Source of the DNA: Chloroflexota bacterium
GTDB taxonomy: Bacteria; Chloroflexota; Limnocylindria; Limnocylindrales; CSP1-4
Reading direction: 5' to 3'
Assembly: GCA_021802585.1 (NCBI GenBank)
Contig: JAJZRQ010000002.1
Span: 7,919 to 71,918, forward strand
Length of the DNA stretch: 64,000 nt
The notes under the pieces are model-generated. The model saw nothing but the letters and a program-made list of their open reading frames with translations. It searched no databases and was not told where the DNA came from. This document shows positions 33,293 to 41,420 of the stretch, piece after piece (within the stretch, counting starts at the first letter, position 1; the number at the start of each line of letters is the position of its first letter). A program made the position numbers and the translations under genes.

Positions 33293-35800
33293 ATGGACCC
33301 GGCGCCGGCCCTCCGTCCGGACGAGGCCGCGACCGGCGGCCCCGCCGCGGACGCCGGGGTTGCTGGAGGCACCGGCGGACGCCACGTCGAGGTCGCGATC
33401 GACGCCGCGGGGGTCGCCGGGGCCCGGACCTGGACGTACGCGGTGCCGGCCGCGCTCGCCGACGTGGCGCCCGGCGAGGTCGTCCTCGTGTCGTGGGGGA
33501 GGCGCCAGGCGCTCGGGATCGTCCTCGCCGACGCGACCCCGCCGGCCGGCGTCCTGCCGCGCCCCCTCGCCGCCCGGGTGCGGTCGGACGGGCCGCTCCT
33601 CCCCCCGCTCGCCCTCGCCCTCGCCCGGGCCATCGCCGAGCACTACCTGGCCCCGGTGGCGCTCGTCGTCCGGGCGATGCTCCCACCGGGGCTCCTCGAG
33701 CGGCTCGACCTCGTCGCGACGGCCTTCGCGGCGGCGGGGCCCGGCGACGACCCGCCAACGACCGCCGTCCTCGAGAGCCTCGCCGCCGGACCGCGGGCCC
33801 TCCGGACCCTCCCCGCCGGCGAGGGCCGCCCCGCCCTCCTCCGCCGGCTGCGAGCCCTCGAGCGCGAGGGACGCGTCCACCTCGAGTGGACGCTCGGCGC
33901 CGCCGGCGCCCTTCCCCGGTACGAGCGCCGAGCGAGCCTGACGGACGCCGGCCGGGCCGCCGCGGCGGCCGGCCGCGCCGCCGACGGGCGAGCCCTCGGC
34001 CCGCGCCAGCGGGCCCTCCTCCTCGACCTCGTCGCGGCGCCGCCCGAGGACGGCGACGTCGGCGCCGCGGACCTCGCCGCGCGCCACGGGGCGGGAGCCC
34101 TCGCCGCGCTGGCGCGGCGAGGGCTCGTCGGGCTCGCCTCCCGGGAGCGACCGCGGGACGTCCTCCGCGCGCGGCCGCCAGGCCGGCGCGGATCGCGCCC
34201 GGTCGGCGCGGCGCTGACGGGCGCGCAGGCGGCGGTGCTCGCGGACATCCGCGCGGCGATCGCCGCCCGGGACCCGACGCCGCTCCTCCTCGACGGCCCA
34301 ACGGGGGCCGGGAAGACGGCGGTGTACGCGGAGGCGATCGCCGCGACGCTCGACGCCGGGCGGCCGGCGCTCGTCCTCGTCCCGGAGGTCGCCCTCGCCC
34401 TGCCCCTCGTCGACCGCCTTCGCGCCGATCTCGGGGCGGAGGTCGCCGTCGTCCATTCCGGCCTCGGGGAGGGGGAGCGGGGCGACGCCTGGCGTCGGAT
34501 CCGGGCGGGTGCGGTCGACATCGTCGTGGGGACGCGGATCGCGGTCCTCGCCCCGCTGGCCGACGTCGGGCTCGTCGTCGTCGACGAGGAGCACGACGCG
34601 GCGTACAAGAGTGACCGGACGCCGCGGTTCCAGGCGCGCGACGTCGCCATCCGCCTCGCGGCGCTGGCGGGGGCCGCGGTGATCCTCGGGAGCGCCACGC
34701 CGTCGATCGAGTCGGTCGGGCTCGCCCGGCTGGGCCGCTACCGCCGGCGGACGCTTCCGGAGCGGGCCTCGGGGGCGCCGCCGGCCGTCGACGTCGTCGA
34801 CCTCCGGGAGGAGCTCGCGAGCGGGAACCGGCTCCTCCTCTCCCGCCGGCTCGCCGGCCTCCTGGGAGCGCTCGACCGGGAGGCCGGCGAGCGGGCGATC
34901 CTCGTCATCAACCGACGTGGCGCGGCGTCGGCCGTCCTCTGTCGCGACTGCGGCCACGTGCAGGCCTGCCCGGAGTGCACCCGGCCGCTCGTCTTCCACC
35001 AGGCGGGGATGACGCTCCGCTGCCATCACTGCGGGGCGGCGGTCCCGGCGGCGACGCGCTGCCCGGCCTGCCGCTCGCCGCGGATCCGCTACCTCGGCGG
35101 GGGCACGGAGCGCCTCGAGGCCGAGGTGCGGGAGCGGTTCCCCGGGCTCCGCGTCGGGCGCCTCGACCGCGACGTCGCCGAGCGCCGCGGGGCGGCGGCC
35201 CGCGTCGTCGACGCCTTCGTCGAGGGCGCCCTTGACGTTCTCGTCGGGACGAGCCTCGTGACGAAGGGGCTCGACATCCCCGAGGTGACCCTCGTCGGCA
35301 TCGTCTCGGCCGACGTCGGCCTCACCCTTCCCGACGAGCGGGCCGCGGAGCGCACGTACCAGCTCCTCGCCCAGGCGATCGGCCGCGCGGGGCGTGGCGA
35401 CCGGGCGGGCCGCGCGGTCGTCCAGACGTACCAGCCGGAGCACCCGGCGATCCGGGCCGCGGCCGGCGGGGACGCCGCCGCCTTCCACGACGCGGAGCTC
35501 GCGGTCCGCGAGCAGTTCGGGGCGCCGCCGTTCGGGGCGACGATCAAGCTGACGGTCGGGATGGAGGACCGCGAGGCGGCGCTCGCCGCGGGGCGGGCGA
35601 TGGCGGGCGCGCTGCGCGAGCGGGCCGCCGCGGCCGGGATCCGGGCCGACGTGGCCGGTCCGGCCCCGGCCTGGGTCCCGCGCCGGGCGGGCCGCTGGCG
35701 CTACAACGTCGTCCTCCGCGCCGCCGACCCGCGGGCCCTCCTCGACGGTGACCCGGGTCCGCCGTGGTCCGTCGACGTCGACCCGGAGAGCCTCCTGTAG
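33293..35800 (+). CDS. priA: Primosomal protein N' (replication restart helicase PriA)
   Basis: LLDGPTGAGKTAVY, VVVDEEHD, the Cys-rich zinc region CRDCGHVQACPECTRPLVFHQAGMTLRCHHCG...CPACRS, and GTSLVTKGLD. Confidence 0.92.
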   Translation: MDPAPALRPDEAATGGPAADAGVAGGTGGRHVEVAIDAAGVAGARTWTYAVPAALADVAPGEVVLVSWGRRQALGIVLADATPPAGVLPRPLAARVRSDGPLLPPLALALARAIAEHYLAPVALVVRAMLPPGLLERLDLVATAFAAAGPGDDPPTTAVLESLAAGPRALRTLPAGEGRPALLRRLRALEREGRVHLEWTLGAAGALPRYERRASLTDAGRAAAAAGRAADGRALGPRQRALLLDLVAAPPEDGDVGAADLAARHGAGALAALARRGLVGLASRERPRDVLRARPPGRRGSRPVGAALTGAQAAVLADIRAAIAARDPTPLLLDGPTGAGKTAVYAEAIAATLDAGRPALVLVPEVALALPLVDRLRADLGAEVAVVHSGLGEGERGDAWRRIRAGAVDIVVGTRIAVLAPLADVGLVVVDEEHDAAYKSDRTPRFQARDVAIRLAALAGAAVILGSATPSIESVGLARLGRYRRRTLPERASGAPPAVDVVDLREELASGNRLLLSRRLAGLLGALDREAGERAILVINRRGAASAVLCRDCGHVQACPECTRPLVFHQAGMTLRCHHCGAAVPAATRCPACRSPRIRYLGGGTERLEAEVRERFPGLRVGRLDRDVAERRGAAARVVDAFVEGALDVLVGTSLVTKGLDIPEVTLVGIVSADVGLTLPDERAAERTYQLLAQAIGRAGRGDRAGRAVVQTYQPEHPAIRAAAGGDAAAFHDAELAVREQFGAPPFGATIKLTVGMEDREAALAAGRAMAGALRERAAAAGIRADVAGPAPAWVPRRAGRWRYNVVLRAADPRALLDGDPGPPWSVDVDPESLL

Positions 35801-35881
35801 GGTCGCCACGATGATCCGGTCGCCTCTTGGCCGGCGTCGGCCGTCTGGCGGACAATGCGAGTCTGCAGCGAGGAGTCGACG

Positions 35882-36298
35882 ATGTCGGACGACACGAACC
35901 CCGGGACCGAGCCGATGCCGGAGGGCACCGAGGAGCCGGCGCCCTCGGCCGAGTGGGAGGCCGGCGGCGAGCCGCGGAGCGCCCAGGCCCGCGAATGGCT
36001 CGCCCAGCTCCAGCACATGATCGACCGCGTGGCCCACGAGGCCGGACCCGTCGCGCGGGACGTCGCGGCGAAGGCGGCCGAGCTCGCGGCGGTCGCCGGC
36101 GAGAAGGCCGGCCCGCTCGCGAAGCGCGCCGCCGACGTGACCGAGGATGTCGGGGCGAAGGTCGCCGAGCGGTCGCGGCGGTTCGCCGAGGAGCTCCGCC
36201 ACCGGGGGGCCGACGCCGCCGAGCCGGGTCCCGGCGGTGCCGCGCCCGGGGATGAGCCGAAGGCTTCCGAGCCGCCGGCGGACGATCCCGGAGCCTGA
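35882..36298 (+). CDS. Hypothetical acidic, Ala-rich helical protein (138 aa)
   Basis: ATG 35882 is preceded by AGGAG at 6-nt spacing. No family recognised, and the composition is close to GC-driven bias, so coding status is uncertain. Confidence 0.45.
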   Translation: MSDDTNPGTEPMPEGTEEPAPSAEWEAGGEPRSAQAREWLAQLQHMIDRVAHEAGPVARDVAAKAAELAAVAGEKAGPLAKRAADVTEDVGAKVAERSRRFAEELRHRGADAAEPGPGGAAPGDEPKASEPPADDPGA

Positions 36299-36327
36299 GC
36301 CCACCGGGGCGTGCCGGGGCGGTCCCG

Positions 36328-36333
36328 TATACT
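36328..36333 (+). promoter_or_regulatory. Candidate -10 (TATACT), 6 nt before the def ATG (leaderless candidate)
   Basis: ccgTATACTcggaggATG; the GGAGG abuts the ATG directly, so it cannot act as a spaced Shine-Dalgarno. Confidence 0.4.
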
Positions 36334-36339
36334 CGGAGG

Positions 36340-36900
36340 ATGAGCGTCCTCCCGATCCTCACGCTCGGCGATCCGCGGCTCCGCCTTCGGGGCGAGCCCG
36401 TCGAGAGCTTCGGCAAGCTGCTCCACCACCTCATCGACGACCTGACCGACACGATGCGCCATGCGCCGGGCGTGGGCCTCGCGGCGCCGCAGCTCGGGGA
36501 GGCCCTTGACGTCGCGGTCGTGGAGGTCGGCGACCGGCTCCTCGAGCTCGTGAACCCCCGGATCGTGCGCGCCGAGGGCGACGACCGCGACCTGGAGGGC
36601 TGCCTCTCGATCCCCGGCTTCGTCGCCTACGTCACCCGGCGGGAGCATGTCTGGGTCGTCGCCCAGAATCGCCTCGGCCGGAAGTACAAGGTCGCCGGGA
36701 GCGGGCTCCTCGGGCGCGCGCTCCAGCACGAGCTCGACCACCTCCAGGGCAAGCTCTACATCGACTACCTCGCCTCGCCGGACGAGCTGATCCCGGTCGG
36801 CCGCGGCGGCGACGAGGACGAGGACGCGGACGCGGTGGACGCGGAGCTCGAGCGCCGCGGGATCGATCCCGAGCGGGCGAAGGCGGTCTCGCGCGGCTGA
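36340..36900 (+). CDS. def: Peptide deformylase
   Basis: GVGLAAPQLG, EGCLSIPG and HELDHLQG motifs. Confidence 0.93.
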   Translation: MSVLPILTLGDPRLRLRGEPVESFGKLLHHLIDDLTDTMRHAPGVGLAAPQLGEALDVAVVEVGDRLLELVNPRIVRAEGDDRDLEGCLSIPGFVAYVTRREHVWVVAQNRLGRKYKVAGSGLLGRALQHELDHLQGKLYIDYLASPDELIPVGRGGDEDEDADAVDAELERRGIDPERAKAVSRG

Positions 36901-36901
36901 C

Positions 36902-37840
36902 GTGGCCCGCGCCCGGACGGCCTTCTTCGGGTCCGGCGCGTTCGCCGTGCCGGTCCTCGACGCGGTCGTCGCGGCCCCCGAACTCGCGCTCGTCGCGGTC
37001 GTCACGGCGCCCGCCCGCCCGGCCGGGCGGCACGGGGCACCCGTGACCACCCCGGTCGCCGACCGCGCCGCCGCTCTCGGGGTTCCGGTCCTGTGCCCGG
37101 GGCGCCTCCGCGAGCCGGCGTTCGTCGAGGAGCTCGCCGGGCTCGATCTCGCCGTCGGCGTCCTCGCCGACTACGGCAGGCTGCTCCCGCCGGCGGTCCT
37201 CGACCTGCCCCCGCACGGCATCCTCAACCTCCACCCGTCGCTCCTCCCGCGCCACCGCGGGGCCGCGCCGATCCCGGCGGCGATCCTCGCCGCCGACCGG
37301 GAGACGGGCGTCTCTCTCTTCCGGATGGATCCCGGGATGGACACCGGCCCGCTCGTCGCAGCCGTCCGGACTCCGCTCGGTTGCGACGACGACGCCCCGG
37401 CGGTGGAGCGGCACCTCGCCGGGGTCGCCGCCGACCTCCTCGCGCGGTCGGTCGGGCCGTACCTCCGGGGCGTCCTGCTCCCGCGGCCGCAGCCCGCAGA
37501 GGGCGCGACCGTCACCCGGCCCCTCGCGCGGGAGGACGGCCGCCTCGACCCGGACCGTCCTGCCGAGGAGCTCGAGCGGCGCGTCCGCGCGCTCCGGCCA
37601 TGGCCGGGGACGTTCGTCGAGACGCCGCTCGGCCGGCTCGCCGTCCTCCGTGCAGTCACCGCCCCGGGCGCCCCCGGGGACGTGCCGGGGACGATCGTCG
37701 CCGACGGCGACGGGATCGCCGTCGCGACAGGTGCCGGCCGTCTCCGGCTCGTCGAGGTCCTTCCGGCCGGCGGCCGGGCCATGGACGGTCCGGCGTACCG
37801 CCGCGGCCGGCCCGCGGTCGTCGGCGCGCGGGTACGATGA
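36902..37840 (+). CDS. fmt: Methionyl-tRNA formyltransferase
   Basis: ILNLHPSLLPRHRGAAPI motif and position directly after def. Confidence 0.9.
   Translation: MARARTAFFGSGAFAVPVLDAVVAAPELALVAVVTAPARPAGRHGAPVTTPVADRAAALGVPVLCPGRLREPAFVEELAGLDLAVGVLADYGRLLPPAVLDLPPHGILNLHPSLLPRHRGAAPIPAAILAADRETGVSLFRMDPGMDTGPLVAAVRTPLGCDDDAPAVERHLAGVAADLLARSVGPYLRGVLLPRPQPAEGATVTRPLAREDGRLDPDRPAEELERRVRALRPWPGTFVETPLGRLAVLRAVTAPGAPGDVPGTIVADGDGIAVATGAGRLRLVEVLPAGGRAMDGPAYRRGRPAVVGARVR
37833..37838 (+). promoter_or_regulatory. Candidate -10 (TACGAT) in the last fmt codons, 12 nt before the rlmN ATG
   Basis: cgg gta cga tga uses rare GTA and CGA codons to spell TACGAT. Confidence 0.25.
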
Positions 37841-37850
37841 GCCGCACCCG

Positions 37851-39107
37851 ATGACCGAGCCCGCCCTCCTGCCGGACGTCCGCCTGCGCCCCGCCGCCAC
37901 CCCGCCGCCGCGCGACCCCCGGCCCGGCGTGAGCGGCCTCGGCGGCGCCGACGTCGCTCGTCTCGTCGCGGAGCTCGGCGAGCCGCCGTTCCGCGGCCAC
38001 CAGGTGGCCGATGCCGTGTGGCGCTCGGGCGCCGCCGCCTGGGACGACGTCACGACGCTGGCGCGGCCGCTCCGGGCGGCGCTCGCGGAGCGCCTCCGCT
38101 TCGACACGATCGTCGGGACGACGTCGCGCCCGGCGGACGGGGGCACGACGGAGAAGGCGCTCCACCGGCTGTCGGACGGCCGGCTCGTCGAATCCGTCCT
38201 CATGCGCTACCCCGGCCGCGCGGATCGCCGCGAGCGGAACACCCTCTGCCTGAGCAGCCAGGCCGGGTGCGCGGTGGGGTGCCCGTTCTGCGCGACCGGC
38301 GAGCTCGGCTTCGAGCGCGACCTCGAGGTCGCGGAGATCGTCGACCAGGCGCGCCACGCGCGGCGGCGGCTGGCGGGCGACGGGCGGCACCTCACGAACG
38401 TCGTCTTCATGGGGATGGGCGAGCCGCTCCTCAACCTCGACGCGGTCATCGCCGCCGCGGCGGCGCTCACGGACCCGGAGCGCTTCGGCCTGGGGGCGCG
38501 GCACGTGACGCTCTCGACCTCGGGTGTCGTGCCCGGGATCGAGCGCCTCGCGAGGCTGCGCCCGCAATGGACCCTCGCGATCAGCCTCCACGCGGCGCGG
38601 GACCCGCTCCGCGACCTCCTCGTGCCGCTCAACCGGCGCTGGCCGGTCGCCGACGTCGTGGCCGCGGCGGGGGCCTACGCCCGCGCGACCGGTCGCCGCG
38701 TGAGCTACGAATACGTGATGATCGACGGGATCAACGACACGCCCGCCGACGCGGACGCCGTCGCGCGGCTCCTCGGCGGGAGCGGCGCCCACGTGAACTG
38801 CATCCCGATGAACCCCGTGGCCCACACGCCCTGGCAGGCGAGCCCGCCCGGACGGGTCGCCGCGTTCGCCGAGCGCCTCGGAGCAGCGGGGATCGGGGTC
38901 ACGGTCCGCCGCAACCGCGGCCAGGAGGTGGGGGCCGCCTGCGGCCAGCTCGCCGCCGAGCAGGCGGGAGAGCCCCCGGCGCCGTCGGTCGCCCGCCGCC
39001 GCGAGCGCCTCGTCGTGGAGTCGGCCGCCGCCCTCCAGGCCGCCCGGAGCGGGGAGGCGCCGCCCCCGGACGTGCGCCGCGCGCGCCGTGGGCCCGGCTC
39101 GCGCTGA
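37851..39107 (+). CDS. rlmN: 23S rRNA/tRNA adenine-C2 methyltransferase RlmN (radical SAM)
   Basis: Radical-SAM cluster CLSSQAGCAVGCPFCATG plus FMGMGEPLLN and NCIPMNP. Start is ATG 37851 within track ORF 37650-39107. Confidence 0.9.
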   Translation: MTEPALLPDVRLRPAATPPPRDPRPGVSGLGGADVARLVAELGEPPFRGHQVADAVWRSGAAAWDDVTTLARPLRAALAERLRFDTIVGTTSRPADGGTTEKALHRLSDGRLVESVLMRYPGRADRRERNTLCLSSQAGCAVGCPFCATGELGFERDLEVAEIVDQARHARRRLAGDGRHLTNVVFMGMGEPLLNLDAVIAAAAALTDPERFGLGARHVTLSTSGVVPGIERLARLRPQWTLAISLHAARDPLRDLLVPLNRRWPVADVVAAAGAYARATGRRVSYEYVMIDGINDTPADADAVARLLGGSGAHVNCIPMNPVAHTPWQASPPGRVAAFAERLGAAGIGVTVRRNRGQEVGAACGQLAAEQAGEPPAPSVARRRERLVVESAAALQAARSGEAPPPDVRRARRGPGSR

Positions 39108-40126
39108 TGGGCGACGGTCGGGCGCTCGTCGCCGCGAGCATCCTCAACGCGGACCTCGCGAACCTCGCGCGCGAGGTCCGCCGCGTCGTGAGAGCCGGGG
39201 CGGACCGGATCCACCTCGACGTCATGGACGCCCGCTTCGTCCCGAACCTCACGTTCGGCTGGGGCACGATCGCCCACCTCCGGCCGGTGACCGAGGCGCC
39301 GTTCGACGCCCACCTCATGATCGCCGAGCCGGGGCGCTGGCTCGACGACTTCCTCGCCGCCGGCTGCGACTCCATCACCGTCCACGTCGAGGTCGAGGAG
39401 CCGATCGAGCCGCTCCTCCGCCGGATCAGGGCCGCGGGCCGTGCGGCGGGCCTCGCGATGCGGCCGGCGACCCCGATGTCGGCCCTCGAGCCCTACCGGC
39501 ACCTCCTCGACATCGTCATGGTCATGACGGTCGAGCCGGGATTCGGCGGCCAGTCATTCCTGCGCGAGGTGGCGGTCGCGAAGATCCCGCAGGCCCGGCA
39601 GCTCCTCGCCGACAAGCCGTGGGGCGGCGAGGTCCACGTCGACGGCGGCGTGAACCGCGAGACGGCCGAGACCGTCGGCGGGCTCGGCGCCGACGTCCTC
39701 GTCGCGGGGACGGCGCTCTTCGCCCGCGGGCGGAACGCGGCCCGCGAGGTCCGCCTCATGCGAGCCCTCGCCGACGAGGGATACGCGGTCGAGCTGAACG
39801 ACGGCGTCATGCCCGAGCCCCGGGACCGGATGGCGCGGCTCGCGAGCCTCCCGCGGCCGCTCGCCGAGCGGCTCCGCGACGCGGTCCAGGCGGGCGGCGT
39901 CCCGGTCGTCATGCTCCGCGGCGACGGCCTCGTCCGGGCCGACGGGGCGCGCGACCTCGACCTCTTCGTGCCCTTCGCGTCGTCGGCGTGGGTCGAGGAG
40001 CGCCACGGCGCCCTCCGCGATGCGCTCCAGGCGGAGGCGGAGGCCGCCGGCGGGGCCGCGGCCGCCCCGGCCGCCGGGGGCGCCGACGACGGCGGCGACG
40101 GGCGCCCGCCGACGGGCGGGGCCTAG
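39107..40126 (+). CDS. rpe: Ribulose-phosphate 3-epimerase with unrecognised C-terminal extension of about 115 aa
   Basis: Rpe core (SILNADLANL, IHLDVMDARFVPN, MTVEPGFGGQSF, VDGGV) spans residues 1 to ~222 of 339. The frame then continues without a stop. Confidence 0.87.
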   Translation: MGDGRALVAASILNADLANLAREVRRVVRAGADRIHLDVMDARFVPNLTFGWGTIAHLRPVTEAPFDAHLMIAEPGRWLDDFLAAGCDSITVHVEVEEPIEPLLRRIRAAGRAAGLAMRPATPMSALEPYRHLLDIVMVMTVEPGFGGQSFLREVAVAKIPQARQLLADKPWGGEVHVDGGVNRETAETVGGLGADVLVAGTALFARGRNAAREVRLMRALADEGYAVELNDGVMPEPRDRMARLASLPRPLAERLRDAVQAGGVPVVMLRGDGLVRADGARDLDLFVPFASSAWVEERHGALRDALQAEAEAAGGAAAAPAAGGADDGGDGRPPTGGA

Positions 40127-40573
40127 GTGCGGGCGCTCCTCCAGCGGGTGACGCGGGCCGAAGTCCGCGTCGACGGCGCCGTCGTCGGGTCGATCGGCCG
40201 GGGCCTCCTCGTCCTCGTCGGCGTCGGGCCGGCGGACGACGAGGCGACCGCCGACGCCCTGGCCCGTCGCGTCGTCGAGCTCCGGGTCCACGAGGACGCC
40301 GCCGGGCGCGCGAACCTCGCCCTCGCCGACGTGGGCGGGGCCGTCCTCGCGGTGAGCCAGTTCACCCTCTATGCCGATACGCGCCGCGGGCGCCGTCCGG
40401 GGTTCACGGACGCGGCCGCCCCGGCACACGCTGAGGCCCTCTATGGACGCTTCTGCGCTGCCCTCGAGCGACTTGACGTGCCGACGGCGCGGGGGAAGTT
40501 CGGGGCGCCCATGGAGGTCGAGCTCGTGAACGACGGGCCCTTCACGATCTGGCTCGACACGGCCGACCGCTGA
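40127..40573 (+). CDS. dtd: D-aminoacyl-tRNA deacylase
   Basis: MRALLQRV, GLLVLVGVG, SQFTLYADTRRGRRPGF and NDGPFT motifs. Confidence 0.92.
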   Translation: MRALLQRVTRAEVRVDGAVVGSIGRGLLVLVGVGPADDEATADALARRVVELRVHEDAAGRANLALADVGGAVLAVSQFTLYADTRRGRRPGFTDAAAPAHAEALYGRFCAALERLDVPTARGKFGAPMEVELVNDGPFTIWLDTADR

Positions 40574-40592
40574 GGGTCCGCGGACACGTGTC

Positions 40593-40619
40593 GGCCCGGC
40601 CGCGTGGGCGGGCCGGGCC
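40593..40619. terminator. Hairpin between convergent dtd and rpmB
   Basis: ggcccggcc-gcgtgggcg-ggccgggcc: 9-bp GC stem. Confidence 0.35.
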
Positions 40620-40657
40620 GGGTGAGGCGGACGGGCGCGGGCGCGGGGCCCGGCGCG

Positions 40658-40855
40658 TCAGCGGGACTGCTTCGTCCGGGTGCGCCGGCAGCGCGTGCAG
40701 ACGAGCTTGCGGGTCAGGACGCCGCCCTCGACGACGGCGAGCGTCTGGAGGTTCGGCTGGTAGCGGCGGTGCGCACGGACGCGGTTCATCCCGCTGGACT
40801 GCGGGTTGAAGCCGCCCATCGAGACCTTTCCGCAGATCGCGCAGCTGCGAGCCAT
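40658..40855 (-). CDS. rpmB: 50S ribosomal protein L28
   Basis: MARSCAICGKVSMGGFNPQSSGMNRVRAHRRYQPNLQ; GAGGA lies 5 nt upstream of ATG 40855. Confidence 0.9.
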   Translation of the reverse strand: MARSCAICGKVSMGGFNPQSSGMNRVRAHRRYQPNLQTLAVVEGGVLTRKLVCTRCRRTRTKQSR

Positions 40856-40955
40856 CGGGTTCCTCAGGGTGCGGTGGTGGCGGTCCGGGGCAGGACAGGC
40901 CCGCCGACGGACCGGCCGGCACGCGAACGAGCCGCCGGTCCGCTGCCGGGGAGGC

Positions 40956-40970
40956 TGTATGCTAGCACAT
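40956..40970. promoter_or_regulatory. Overlapping divergent -10 candidates in a near-palindrome (tgtATGCTAGCAcat)
   Basis: The minus strand reads TGcTAGCAT (towards rpmB). The plus strand reads TATGCT (towards the Asp23-family gene). Confidence 0.35.
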
Positions 40971-41009
40971 CGTTCCACGCTCGCGGCCAGCCCGGAGGTT
41001 CGAGCCCGC

Positions 41010-41420
41010 ATGCCCGATGCGCCGCCGCACCCCGCCGTGCCGGGACGCTCGCTCGTGTCGCGCCGCGCCCTCGTCGAGGTCGTCCGCGCGGCGGTCCTCG
41101 GGAGCTACGGCGTCACCGGCCTCGTCGAGCCCCGGCTCCGGCGGCTGGGGATCGGCCGGCGGCCGATCCGCGTGACCCTCCGCCCGGCGCTCGCCGTCGA
41201 CGTGCGCCTGACGATCGCCCACGGCCTGCCGGTCGCCGAAGTGGCGCGGCAGGTCGACTCGGCGATCCGGTACGCGATCCGCCGCGCCCTCGGGCGCGAG
41301 GTCGGCGCGGTGACGATCCACGTCGAGGGGCTCGCAGCCGGCCCCTTCCGTACGGCTGACGAGGGGACCCCGCGCGACGGGGGCGCGGCCGGCGACCCGC
41401 CCGCGGGGGCCGCGACCTAG
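41010..41420 (+). CDS. Asp23/Gls24 family envelope-stress protein (YloU-like)
   Basis: Typical Asp23 pattern (ALVEVVRAAVLGSYGVTGL, VRLTIAHGLPVAEVARQVDSAIRYAI) and position before yloV. Confidence 0.8.
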   Translation: MPDAPPHPAVPGRSLVSRRALVEVVRAAVLGSYGVTGLVEPRLRRLGIGRRPIRVTLRPALAVDVRLTIAHGLPVAEVARQVDSAIRYAIRRALGREVGAVTIHVEGLAAGPFRTADEGTPRDGGAAGDPPAGAAT

